Source: Thalassobaculaceae bacterium
GTDB lineage: Bacteria; Pseudomonadota; Alphaproteobacteria; Thalassobaculales; Thalassobaculaceae
DNA: 64,000 nt
Reading direction: 5' to 3'
Assembly: GCA_965228875.1 (NCBI GenBank)
Contig: OZ245843.1
Span: forward strand, 912,616-976,615
A model generated the notes under the pieces. That model was not told the origin of the DNA, searched no databases, and saw only the letters and a list, made by a program, of their open reading frames with translations. This document shows, in pieces, positions 28,565 to 38,845 of this stretch. The stretch's first letter is position 1. The number at the start of each line of letters is the position of its first letter. Position numbers and translations under genes: made by a program.

Positions 28565-28981
28565 TCAGGATCTCTCCTTCAGCGCCTTCAGGGCGGCCCG
28601 GAACGGCAACATCACGCATTCCCAGCGCGACTTGACCGCTCGGACCGGAGCGAAGGCGGAAAGCGCCGGCCAGGGCAGCGGCGTGTCCGCACCCGCCAGG
28701 AACGTCTCGACCGCCGCCGCCGCCAGGCCGAGACTGCCCGCCGGCTTGCCGACTGCGTTGTCGGCGATCACCTTCACCGAGGCCTGGCACAACGCGCAGC
28801 CCTGAACCTTCGCGCCGACGGCGGTGACCGTGTCGCCCTCCAGCGTCAGGTCGACGGTCACACGGTCGCCGCAGACCGGATTGTCGACCCGCGCCGAGAC
28901 GGTCGCCGTGTCCAGGCGCGGCACGGCCCGGCCCTCCCGTGCCAGCGTCAGGATCTCCTCCTGATACAAGGGATCGCTCAT
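28565..28981 (-). CDS. NifU_N/SufU/IscU-like scaffold or sulfur-transfer protein
   Basis: Motifs LYQEEIL, NPVCGD, GCALCQAS and RWECVMLP. Confidence 0.82.
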   Translation of the reverse strand: MSDPLYQEEILTLAREGRAVPRLDTATVSARVDNPVCGDRVTVDLTLEGDTVTAVGAKVQGCALCQASVKVIADNAVGKPAGSLGLAAAAVETFLAGADTPLPWPALSAFAPVRAVKSRWECVMLPFRAALKALKERS

Positions 28982-30618
28982 GCGTCGGCTCCGCGGAGCC
29001 GCGCCAGGGCCTCCGGCGTGTCGATATCGGTCAGGACCGCCTCGTCGTCGATCTCGATCTCCACCGCAACATCCTCGTGATTGCCGATCAGGTGGCGTGC
29101 GCCGACGTCGCCGGAGACGGTGGCCATCTCCGGGAAGAAGCGCTTGGCGAACAGGACGGGGTTGCCGCGCTTGCCGCGTCGGGTCGGAACCACGATCGCG
29201 CGACCCTCCACCGGGTCGAAGGCGGCGATCATCCGGTCGATGATCGCCGGCGTCACCCTCGGCATGTCGCCGAGGCAGACGATCACCCCGTCGATGTCGC
29301 CGCTCAAAGCATCGAGCCCCGCCTTCAGGGAGGTGGACAGGCCGCCGGCATAGTCCGGATTGATCGCGAAGCCGGGGTCCAGATCGGCGAGGGCGTCGCG
29401 CACCGCATCGCCTTCATGGCCGAGCACGACGGTCATCGACACGGCCTTCGAGGCTGCGACGGCGTCGGCCACGTGGCGTACCATCGGCTTGCCGGCGACC
29501 TCCGCCAGCAGCTTGTTTTCCGCCCCCATGCGCCGGGACTGTCCGGCGGCCAGCACCAGGGCGGCGATCCGCGGCGCGCGGGCCGGTGCGGTCTCGGTCT
29601 CGGCGGAACCGCGTCGCCGCGCGCGGGGCATCGGCCGGGTCGGTATGTCCTTCAGCAGGCCGCCGGCCCCCATGCGGCTGAGCTCGGCCCGTCCGACCGG
29701 CACGCCGGCCACCAGACGCTGCAGCACCCAGTCGAAGCCGTTCAGCTTGGGCGAGCGGGCGCAGCCGGGAAGGCCGACCACGGGAATGTCGCCGATCCGT
29801 CCCACCAGCATCAGGTTGCCGGGGTCGACGGGCATTCCGAAATGCTCGATCGTACCGCCCGCCTGTTCGATCGCCGCCGGGACGACGTCGCGCCGATCGA
29901 CGACGGCCGAGGCGCCGGAGACCAGGATCAGGCCGGCGCCCTGGTGCAGGGTCTCGTCGATCGCACGGGCGAGCGCGTCGGCGTCGTGGCCGCACCGGAC
30001 CTCGTGGCAGATCTCGCTGCTCATCGGATGCAGCCGGGAACGGGTGACTTCCCGCGTGTTGTCCAGCACGCTTTCCTTGGTGCCGGGCAGGCGGGACTGC
30101 ACAAGGCCGACCCGCGTCGACCGGTAGGGCGCCAGCTTCACCATCGGCGTGTCCCGCCGGCCGATCTCCTCGGTCAGCAGCACCCGATCGCCCTGGACGG
30201 CGAAGGAGATGATCTTCAGCGTGGCGACCATCTGGCCCGCCTCGACCGCCTGGTACGGCGGCACCAGGGCAAGGGTGATCGCCTCGTCGACGAGGTTGAA
30301 CGCATCCAGGCGCACCGGGTCGTAGATCACGACACCGGCGGTTTCCGCATAGAGGTTGGCGCGACCGGTAAACGCGGCGCTGGCGGTCGTGCCCGGCCCG
30401 GCGATGGCGGCGGCGAGGCGGTCGGCGGCCGCGTCCTCGCCGATATCGGTTCCTTCCAGCCGGGCGGCGATCACGCGCGCATACCCGGCGTCACGCAGCA
30501 CCGCCACGTCGTCGTCGCTAAGGACGCGCCCCTTCTTGAGGCTGCGCCCCTCGAGGCGGTGGGAGTGGGCCAGGACGGCCCCGACCGCTTCGTCGAGTGG
30601 GGTGTCGCCGAAGATCAC
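28978..30618 (-). CDS. MoeA-like molybdopterin-binding / MocA (Moco cytidylyltransferase) fusion
   Basis: N-terminal LAHS...KKG, FTGRANL and GMPVDPGNL. C-terminal NTP-transferase LAAGQSRRMG, NKLL, GDMP, GNPVLF, GDVGAR and DIDTPE. Confidence 0.85.
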   Translation of the reverse strand: MIFGDTPLDEAVGAVLAHSHRLEGRSLKKGRVLSDDDVAVLRDAGYARVIAARLEGTDIGEDAAADRLAAAIAGPGTTASAAFTGRANLYAETAGVVIYDPVRLDAFNLVDEAITLALVPPYQAVEAGQMVATLKIISFAVQGDRVLLTEEIGRRDTPMVKLAPYRSTRVGLVQSRLPGTKESVLDNTREVTRSRLHPMSSEICHEVRCGHDADALARAIDETLHQGAGLILVSGASAVVDRRDVVPAAIEQAGGTIEHFGMPVDPGNLMLVGRIGDIPVVGLPGCARSPKLNGFDWVLQRLVAGVPVGRAELSRMGAGGLLKDIPTRPMPRARRRGSAETETAPARAPRIAALVLAAGQSRRMGAENKLLAEVAGKPMVRHVADAVAASKAVSMTVVLGHEGDAVRDALADLDPGFAINPDYAGGLSTSLKAGLDALSGDIDGVIVCLGDMPRVTPAIIDRMIAAFDPVEGRAIVVPTRRGKRGNPVLFAKRFFPEMATVSGDVGARHLIGNHEDVAVEIEIDDEAVLTDIDTPEALARLRGADA

Positions 30619-30636
30619 GTCGGTTTCCCCGAAGCC

Positions 30637-31344
30637 TCAGGCCGCCGCCGCGACGATCGGCTTGGCGTGGAGCACAGCCGTCAGCTCCGCCAGGATCGAG
30701 ACGGCGATCTCCGCCGGCGAGACCGCACCGATATCGAGACCGGCCGGGGCGTGGATGCGGCCGATCGCGGCATCGTCGAACCCCATGGCCTTCAGGCGCT
30801 CGACCCGCTTCGCATGTGTCCGGCGCGAGCCGAGGCAGGTGATATAGAAGGCGTCCGACCGCAGGACGATCTCCAGCGCCGGGTCGTCCAGCTTGGGGTC
30901 ATGGGTGAGGGTCACGACTGCCGTGCGGTTGTCCGGCGCCAGCGCCTCCATCGCCTCGTCGGGCCAGTCGTCGATCAGCCGCACGTTGGGGAAGCGGTCG
31001 GCGGTGGCGAAGCTGGCGCGCGGGTCGATCACGACCACCTCGTATCCGGCGATGGCGGCCATCGGCACCAGGGTCTGGCTGATATGAACGGCACCGACGA
31101 TGATCAGGCGCAGCGGCGGGTTGTGGCAGTCGACGAACCACTTGCCGTCGGCGATCTCGGCCACGCCGCTCCTGTTGTCGCGCAGACGGGTGCGGGCCTC
31201 GGCGATCACCAGGTCCGGCAGGTCGCCCTCGACGCGGTCGGCGAACACGAGGGCCTGGGTGCTGCCGTCCAGACCGTCGACCAGGGCGACCGGCGTCTTG
31301 CTTCGGCGGGCTGTCTGAAGGTGGGAGAAGATCTCGCGCCGCAT
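30637..31344 (-). CDS. XdhC/CoxF-family protein (C-terminal Rossmann part)
   Basis: Motifs IVGAVHI, DPR..FA, THDPKLDD, LGSRRTH and GLDIGA.SP.EIAVSI. Confidence 0.88.
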   Translation of the reverse strand: MRREIFSHLQTARRSKTPVALVDGLDGSTQALVFADRVEGDLPDLVIAEARTRLRDNRSGVAEIADGKWFVDCHNPPLRLIIVGAVHISQTLVPMAAIAGYEVVVIDPRASFATADRFPNVRLIDDWPDEAMEALAPDNRTAVVTLTHDPKLDDPALEIVLRSDAFYITCLGSRRTHAKRVERLKAMGFDDAAIGRIHAPAGLDIGAVSPAEIAVSILAELTAVLHAKPIVAAAA

Positions 31345-31347
31345 CGT

Positions 31348-31689
31348 TCAGGCCTCCATCCGCTCGACCCAGACCTGGACCGTGCCACCGCACGCGAGGC
31401 CGACGTCCCAGGCCTGTTCGTCGCTGACGCCGAACTCCATCAGGCGGGGTGCGCCACCGTCCATGATCTCGAACGCCTCCTTGATGACCGCGCCCTCGAT
31501 GCAGCCGCCGGAAACGGAGCCGGTCATCGCGCCATCGCCGTCGATCACGAGCCGGGAGCCGACGGGTCTGGGCGAACTGCCCCAAGTCTTCACGACGGTG
31601 GCCAGCGCCACCTTGCGGCCCTCCGAGAGCCAGCCTTCTGCGGTGCCCAGCACGTCGTCGATGCTGGCGAACGGTGTCGGATCGGTCAT
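31348..31689 (-). CDS. XdhC/CoxI N-terminal domain protein
   Basis: Motifs ATVVKTWGSSPRPVG, GSVSGGCIE and GLACGG. ATG 31689. Confidence 0.88.
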   Translation of the reverse strand: MTDPTPFASIDDVLGTAEGWLSEGRKVALATVVKTWGSSPRPVGSRLVIDGDGAMTGSVSGGCIEGAVIKEAFEIMDGGAPRLMEFGVSDEQAWDVGLACGGTVQVWVERMEA

Positions 31690-31723
31690 GGTCCCGCGCC
31701 CTCCACGGTTGTTGCGCCCGGAT

Positions 31724-33013
31724 CTATGGCGAGGCCTCAGCGGCCTCGTCCTCCACCCGGCGCAGTTCAGCGAGCCAGCCGTCCATCCCGGCGCGCCGGC
31801 GAAGCGACGGCTGGCCGATCGCGTCCGCGAGCTGTTCCAGACTGTCGAGCGAATGCACCGGTCGGAAATCGTCCACGTGAGGAAGGATAGCCCGCACTCC
31901 CTGAGATTTGGGGGCAAACCCTTCGTAGCGCAACAAGGGATTGAGCCAAACCAGTCGTTTGCAGGACTTGTGCAGTCGGTCCATTTCATCCGCGAGCCCG
32001 GCGCCGACCTCTCGGTCGAGGCCGTCGGTGATGAGGATCACGATGGCGCCCTGGGTCAGCACCCGCCGGCCCCAGAACCGGTTGAACTCGTGCAGGCAGT
32101 GGCCGATCCGGGTGCCACCGGACCAGTCGTTCACCACGTCCCCGACCTGGACCAGCGCCTCGTCGACATCCTTGTGACGCAGGTAGCGGGTGACGTTGGT
32201 CAGCCGGGTGCCGAACAGGAAGGTGTGCACCCGATCGCGGTCGTTGGTGATCGCATGCATGAAGTGCAGCAGCATCCGCGAATACCGGCTCATGGAGCCG
32301 GAGATGTCGCACAGCACCACCAGGGGCGGCCGACGGGTGAGGCGCTTGCGGCGCTGCAGGTCGATCTCGTCGCCGCCGGACCGCATGGTCGCCGCCAGGG
32401 TCCGGCGCAGATCGAGCCGACGGCCGTGCGGCGCGGGGCGGAAGCGCCGGGTCTTCACCTCGGCAATCGGCAGGCGCATGTCACGGATCGCCTGCTTGGC
32501 CCGCAGGATCTCCTCGGCCGACATCTTCTCGAAATCCATCTCGCGCAGCAGTTCCCGGTCCGACCAGGTCATCGCCGCGTCGAGCTCGATCTCCTCCTCC
32601 TCGGGCTCCCGCGCGTCACCGTCGCCCGGCGTTTCGGCCTTGAGTGCCTCGGCCAGCCGCCGGTTCATCTCCTGGCCCTTCTCGCGCTCCTCCTCGGCGT
32701 CGCCCCGGAACTCGGGCAGGATCATCTGCATCATGCGTTCCAGCAGCTGCGGATTGCGCCAGAACACGTGGAATGCCTGGTCGAAGATCTCCCGCTGGTC
32801 GCGTCGGTTCACGAACACCGCGTGCAGGGTCCAATAGAAGTCGCGCCGGTTGGCAATTCCGCCGACCCGGACCGCTTCGACCGCGTCGAGCACCTTGCCC
32901 GGGCCGACCGGCAGTCCGGCGGCGCGCAGGGTGCGGCCGAAATGCATGATGTTGTCGATCAGCTTGCCGCCGCCATCGCCGCCGGCATCGGGCAGTGTGA
33001 GATCGTCGGGCAT
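31724..33013 (-). CDS. coxE: CoxE-like VWA domain protein
   Basis: FGR.LR.AGLPVG, MIDAS DISGSM, WSGGTRIG, TDGLD and LVWLNPL. Confidence 0.85.
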   Translation of the reverse strand: MPDDLTLPDAGGDGGGKLIDNIMHFGRTLRAAGLPVGPGKVLDAVEAVRVGGIANRRDFYWTLHAVFVNRRDQREIFDQAFHVFWRNPQLLERMMQMILPEFRGDAEEEREKGQEMNRRLAEALKAETPGDGDAREPEEEEIELDAAMTWSDRELLREMDFEKMSAEEILRAKQAIRDMRLPIAEVKTRRFRPAPHGRRLDLRRTLAATMRSGGDEIDLQRRKRLTRRPPLVVLCDISGSMSRYSRMLLHFMHAITNDRDRVHTFLFGTRLTNVTRYLRHKDVDEALVQVGDVVNDWSGGTRIGHCLHEFNRFWGRRVLTQGAIVILITDGLDREVGAGLADEMDRLHKSCKRLVWLNPLLRYEGFAPKSQGVRAILPHVDDFRPVHSLDSLEQLADAIGQPSLRRRAGMDGWLAELRRVEDEAAEASP

Positions 33014-33035
33014 CGTGCGCTACCGCCTACCGCGC

Positions 33036-33962
<927 letters not shown>

Positions 33963-34057
33963 CGGGCGTTCCATTTGGACGTGGGGCGAGGGGCGGCATC
34001 TGCCGCCAGTGTTACGCACATAGCACTTGGCCCCCCGGTCTGCCAGGGGCACGGGGC

Positions 34058-34522
34058 CTACGGCCAGTACGGGCCGGTTGCGCCGACGATCACCGTGATC
34101 CAACCGAGACCGAGGTTGAAAGCGACAATGCGGCGGATCGTCCCGAGCCGCTGCCCCGCCTCCTCGAAGTCCCCCGCATCGACCGAATTGCGGAACTTGG
34201 GCCAGGCGGCGAACCGCAGGTGGCCGTAGGCGAGAGCCATGACCCAGCCGGTCAGGTGCATGATGTGGATGTACATGCCGGCCCCGGCGAACCCGCCGAA
34301 GGCATGGAACAGCATGCCATATCCGGTCACCAGCAGGGCGATCACGCTGATCGTGACGAACAGGAAGAACCGCTCGAATACCCGACGCCACAGCCGCGGC
34401 CGCTCCGGCGCCGGTTCGATCCCGGCGATCGACGGGCGCAGGACGACGTAGGCGAAGAACATGCCGCCGACCCAGATCACGGCGGCGACGATGTGCACGG
34501 CGAGAAGGAGTGTCATGGCCAT
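34058..34522 (-). CDS. CopD-like 4-TM membrane protein
   Basis: H..AA.IWVGG.FF motif and four hydrophobic helices with His residues. Confidence 0.72.
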   Translation of the reverse strand: MAMTLLLAVHIVAAVIWVGGMFFAYVVLRPSIAGIEPAPERPRLWRRVFERFFLFVTISVIALLVTGYGMLFHAFGGFAGAGMYIHIMHLTGWVMALAYGHLRFAAWPKFRNSVDAGDFEEAGQRLGTIRRIVAFNLGLGWITVIVGATGPYWP

Positions 34523-34645
34523 CTTTTCTTGCCTCCCGGAGGGGGTTCGTGCGCTTCATGGGGCGGGACCGGCCCAGCGCGTTCGACGAAGCGACCGCCG
34601 GGTCGGCCTCGTCAACAGTGTTTTGCCATCCGATCGGAGCCCACC

Positions 34646-35803
34646 GTGCCTGACCTAGAGCCGCCGGCGGCGGCGGAAACCCCCGGAGACGCTGGGCGGG
34701 CGCCCGATCGGGCCGCCGGCAGAGCCTACGTCCTGGTGCCCCTGTGGCTGATCGCCGCGGCGGCCGTCGTTCTGGTCGTGCGCGAGGCGAAGCCGTTTCT
34801 CGCACCGGTGATCGCCAGTGCGGTGCTGGCCATCGCGCTCAGCCCGTTGAGTCGGGTCTTCGAACGCCGGCTCCGGTTCGGAAAGAGTCTGTCGGCCCTG
34901 ATCTCCCTTGCCATCGCGACCAGTGTTGTGGCCGGCGCGCTATGGCTGCTGATTCCCGCCGCCGATGACTGGCAGGCCCGTCTAAGCGAACTAGCGGAGG
35001 AGGCGGAGCGCAAGCTCTGGCCGATCAGCGCGACGATCGACGAGGTCAAGAAGGCGACGGAGAAGGTCGGCGAAGCCGCCAACCTGTCGGGGACGGACGA
35101 CCGGACCACGATAACGGTCCAACAGGAGCCGGGATACTTCAGCACGGTGCTGACCAACGCGCCGTTCGTCATCATCCAGGTGCTCACGACGCTGGTCGTC
35201 TGCTTCTTCTTCCTGCGCGAACGGCGCTGGCTGATGCGCAGCGGCATCGGGCTGGTCAGGGACTATCGGGTGCGATACCGACTGGCCCATATCGCCCACG
35301 AGATCCGGCGCAATGTCGGGACGTATTTCCTCATCACGATCTCTATCTCGGCCGGTGTCGGCGTGGTCACGGCGCTCGGCTTCTTCGCCATCGGCATGCC
35401 TGCACCGGCAACCTGGGGCGGGGCGATCGCCGTCGCCAACTTCGTCCCGTTCATCGGGCCGTTTCTGGTGGCGGTCGCCTCGTTCATCGCCGGTCTGGCG
35501 GTCTACGATTCCCTGGAGTGGTGCCTGTTGCCGCCGGCCATCATCTTCGCGGTCAACGTCGTCGAGGAGAACGCCGTCATCCCGATGGTGATCGGCCGGC
35601 ACTTCTATACCAGTCCGGTCGTCATCATCCTGTCGGTCCTGTTCGGAGCATGGCTTTGGGGGGCCATCGGCGGTGTGCTGGCGGTCCCGACCGCGATCAT
35701 CGTTCTATCAACCCTGCGCCGCTGGCGGGAGCTGTCCGGCCGTGACAACGCCCCGGCCCGGGTTACCTCACCGGCGCCGGCGGCCGCAGACCACACCCAG
35801 TAG
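34646..35803 (+). CDS. AI-2E (PerM/TqsA) family transporter
   Basis: Motifs FFLRE, NFVPFIGP, EEN..P and WG.IG..LAVP. GTG 34646 follows GGAG. Confidence 0.87.
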   Translation: MPDLEPPAAAETPGDAGRAPDRAAGRAYVLVPLWLIAAAAVVLVVREAKPFLAPVIASAVLAIALSPLSRVFERRLRFGKSLSALISLAIATSVVAGALWLLIPAADDWQARLSELAEEAERKLWPISATIDEVKKATEKVGEAANLSGTDDRTTITVQQEPGYFSTVLTNAPFVIIQVLTTLVVCFFFLRERRWLMRSGIGLVRDYRVRYRLAHIAHEIRRNVGTYFLITISISAGVGVVTALGFFAIGMPAPATWGGAIAVANFVPFIGPFLVAVASFIAGLAVYDSLEWCLLPPAIIFAVNVVEENAVIPMVIGRHFYTSPVVIILSVLFGAWLWGAIGGVLAVPTAIIVLSTLRRWRELSGRDNAPARVTSPAPAAADHTQ

Positions 35804-36187
35804 CGCAACCGCCGCGACCAGGCCGAGAGGCGGCACGGAACGGCCGATCCGCTCACCCAGGCGATAGGCGTCGCTATCCATGCCGGCCGGTATCGGCGGC
35901 ACGCCCGACGGCATGTCTGTCGCCGCGGGCGCCTCCAGCGGGGCCCGGGGGCGGCTGCGGGGGGCGCGCGCCATGGTCAGGACGCCGACCGCCACGAGGA
36001 AGGTGATCGCGCCCCAAAGGCCGAGCGAGCCCACCAGGCCCAGGTGTGCCGCGGTTTCGATGATCGCCGCGGACAGGGCCAGACCGAGCGCCGCCATCAT
36101 CAGCAGCATGCCCGCCAGGGCGGCGATCCCGCGCCGAAGCAGCGACTGCGCCTCGGCGCGGGCGTGGGAGATCGTGGCGGTCAGCAT
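35768..36187 (-). CDS. Hypothetical membrane protein, downstream partner of DUF883
   Basis: Two TM helices plus a C-terminal TM with an Arg tail. It starts 12 nt after DUF883 and overlaps the AI-2E 3' end by 36 nt. Confidence 0.6.
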   Translation of the reverse strand: MLTATISHARAEAQSLLRRGIAALAGMLLMMAALGLALSAAIIETAAHLGLVGSLGLWGAITFLVAVGVLTMARAPRSRPRAPLEAPAATDMPSGVPPIPAGMDSDAYRLGERIGRSVPPLGLVAAVALLGVVCGRRRR

Positions 36188-36199
36188 GGTCCGCTTCCC

Positions 36200-36505
36200 T
36201 CAGCGGCGCGACAGCAGACCGAGGGCGATGCCGGTCCCGAACGCGACCAGGACGGAGGTCATCGGATTCTCCTCGATCACGCCGTTGACCCGGTTGTGGG
36301 CCTCGCTCGCGCGCTGACGGGCCTCGCTGGCGGTGTCGTTGATCCGCTCGCGGAGGTTCTCCTTCATTTCACCCGTCCGCTCGGCGGCGAGAGCGGCGAC
36401 GCTCTCCGTCAGAGCCTTCAGATCGCCCTGCAGGGCGCGGAGCTGTTCGTCGACATCCGAGGCGGACGTCTTGGCGGAGGCATTGGTGTTGGAAGACTGG
36501 GCCAT
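36200..36505 (-). CDS. DUF883 (ElaB/YqjD-like) tail-anchored protein
   Basis: Coiled coil followed by I.ENP..SV..A.G.G..LG.L.RR. ATG 36505. Confidence 0.8.
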   Translation of the reverse strand: MAQSSNTNASAKTSASDVDEQLRALQGDLKALTESVAALAAERTGEMKENLRERINDTASEARQRASEAHNRVNGVIEENPMTSVLVAFGTGIALGLLSRR

Positions 36506-36656
36506 GGTATCAGGGACTCCGTGTTCGGTTCGTGTCACACCCGCGACGCTCCGGCGGGAGCGGGGCGGGCGGCGCGGCCGTCGAGGCGCGCCCGTTGCTG
36601 ATGAGACGCTCCGCGGACGGGATTTATTCCACGCAACCGTCAAGGACCGAGAGAGC

Positions 36657-37844
36657 ATGGCTGAAATCGCCCCCCTCCCGCCGGCACCGCCGGAGCCGAA
36701 ACGCCACCGGCGCTTTCCCGACGCGGCGGCGCTGGTGTCCGCCCTACGGCCGAGCTACCCGGTCTACTGCTTTCGTCCGCACAAGGTCCGCGCCGTCGCC
36801 CGTCACTTCGTGGCGACCTTCCCGGGGCGGGTGGTCTACGCGGTCAAGTGCAACATCGAGCCGCGCATGCTCGGCTGGCTTGCGGAGGCGGGGGTGACGG
36901 CGTTCGACACCGCCTCGCTGACGGAGATCGCGGCCGTGCGCGAGCGCCTGCCCGACGCCGACGCGCTGTTCATGCATCCGGTGAAGAGCCGGGCGGCCAT
37001 CCTCGCCGCCGACCGGGTCTACGACGTCTCGACATACTGCGTGGACTCCCTGGCGGAACTGGAGAAGGTGCTCGCCGTCGCCCGGCGCCGCGATCTGAAG
37101 ATCTTCGTGCGTGTCGCCACCCCCGGCGGCGGCGCGGCGTTCGAGCTGTCGATCAAGTTCGGCGCAACCCAGGCCGAGGCGATCGAGATCCTGGACCGGG
37201 TGGCGGATGAGGGGCTGGAGGCCGGGATCGCCTTCCATATCGGCTCGCAGTGTCTGAACCCGCGGGCCTTCCGCACCGCCTTCGCCGCCATCGGCGAGGT
37301 CTGGCGCGGCACCAGGGCCGAGGTTCGGGAGATCGACGTCGGCGGCGGCTTCCCGGTCGCCTATGCCGGTCAGCCGGTGCCGCCGCTTGAGGCATTCGTC
37401 ACGGAGATCGTCGAAGGCCGACGCGAGGCGGGGATCGACGAGGACGTGGCGCTGTTGTGCGAACCGGGCCGGGCGCTCGTCGCCGACGGCTGCTCCATGC
37501 TGTGCCAGGTGCACCTTCGCAAGGGGGACCGGCTGTACCTGAACGACGGGGTCTACGGCAATCTGTCAGAACCGTACTGGTCGCGGGTCCGGCTGCCGGC
37601 GCGGCTGATCCGGGCCGACGGACCGAGCGACGCGCCGTTGCAGGACTTCACCATCTTCGGCCCGACCTGCGACGGCAACGACCTGCTGCCCACGCCGTTC
37701 CGTCTGCCGGCCGACGTGGCCGAGGGAGACTGGGTCGAGGTCGGTCAGATCGGCGCCTATGGCGCGGCGCTGGCGACCCGGTTCAACGGCTTCTTCGCCG
37801 ACGCGCAGGTTGAACTCGGCGACGAACCGCCCGACACTAACTAA
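36657..37844 (+). CDS. Fold-type III PLP-dependent decarboxylase (ornithine/lysine decarboxylase-like)
   Basis: Motifs YAVKCN (PLP Lys), FD.AS, KFG, FHIGSQ, GGGFP, EPGR, GPTCD and GAY. Confidence 0.9.
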   Translation: MAEIAPLPPAPPEPKRHRRFPDAAALVSALRPSYPVYCFRPHKVRAVARHFVATFPGRVVYAVKCNIEPRMLGWLAEAGVTAFDTASLTEIAAVRERLPDADALFMHPVKSRAAILAADRVYDVSTYCVDSLAELEKVLAVARRRDLKIFVRVATPGGGAAFELSIKFGATQAEAIEILDRVADEGLEAGIAFHIGSQCLNPRAFRTAFAAIGEVWRGTRAEVREIDVGGGFPVAYAGQPVPPLEAFVTEIVEGRREAGIDEDVALLCEPGRALVADGCSMLCQVHLRKGDRLYLNDGVYGNLSEPYWSRVRLPARLIRADGPSDAPLQDFTIFGPTCDGNDLLPTPFRLPADVAEGDWVEVGQIGAYGAALATRFNGFFADAQVELGDEPPDTN

Positions 37845-37960
37845 TGGCGTTCCGGGCAGAGTGCCGTCGTCTATCCGTCACGACCGGTGTCCGATCCGGC
37901 GATCACGTCACGTGAGTGCAGCGGACGCCGTAGGTTCAAGAGTGCATCGGGTTTCCTTCC

Positions 37961-38845
37961 ATGCGTCCTAGTGCCGGCAGTTTCCCCTTCACCGACCATA
38001 ACGGTACCGTCTGGCTCGCCTTTCAGGATTTCGGCGACCGGTCGCGGGAACGGGTCGTCGTCTGCGTTCATGGCCTGACCCGTAACGGCCGGGACTTCGA
38101 CCGTCTCGCCGTCGCCATGGCCAGGGACTACCGGGTGATCGAGGTCGACATCGTCGGCCGCGGCCGGTCCGGCTGGCTCGCCGACAAGGCCGAGTACAAT
38201 ATGACCACCTATCTCAAGCACATGGACGCGTTCTTCGAGTATCGCGGCCTGCAGGAGGTGGACTTCATCGGCACCTCGATGGGCGGCATCATCGGCATGA
38301 TGCTGGCGGCGCAGGAGGACTCGCCGATCCGCCGGCTGGTGCTGAACGATGTCGGCACCGTGATCCCCGGTACGGTGCTGTCGAAAATGGGCGAGACGGT
38401 CGGCGCGGACCCGCGTTTCCGAAACCTTCAGGAGGCGGCGGAGTACTTCAAGGAGGTCTACGCCGAGTTCGGCATTCCCGACGACCTCGGATGGTCGGAC
38501 CTGACTCTGCATTCGACCACCCGCCAGGAGGACGGGACCTACGCGCTGCACTACGATCCGGCGATCGGCGACGTGTTCACCGAGGAAATGGAAGACGTGA
38601 AGCTCTGGCAGGTCTGGGACCATGTCCGGTGCCCGACGCTGTTGCTGCGCGGCGAGAACTCCCAGCTTCTGACCCGCGAGACGGCGGAACGGATGACCCG
38701 TTCGGGCCCCAAAGCGGAACTGGTCGAGTTCCCCGGCGTCGGTCACGCGCCGTCGCTGATGACCGAGGAACAGATCAAGGTGGTGCATGACTGGCTCCGG
38801 TCGTTCGACGAGGACGAGGAGGACGACGTCGACGATGCCGGCTGA
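37961..38845 (+). CDS. Alpha/beta hydrolase
   Basis: Motifs CVHGLTRN..DF, GRGRS, GTSMGG and GVGHAP. Confidence 0.88.
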   Translation: MRPSAGSFPFTDHNGTVWLAFQDFGDRSRERVVVCVHGLTRNGRDFDRLAVAMARDYRVIEVDIVGRGRSGWLADKAEYNMTTYLKHMDAFFEYRGLQEVDFIGTSMGGIIGMMLAAQEDSPIRRLVLNDVGTVIPGTVLSKMGETVGADPRFRNLQEAAEYFKEVYAEFGIPDDLGWSDLTLHSTTRQEDGTYALHYDPAIGDVFTEEMEDVKLWQVWDHVRCPTLLLRGENSQLLTRETAERMTRSGPKAELVEFPGVGHAPSLMTEEQIKVVHDWLRSFDEDEEDDVDDAG

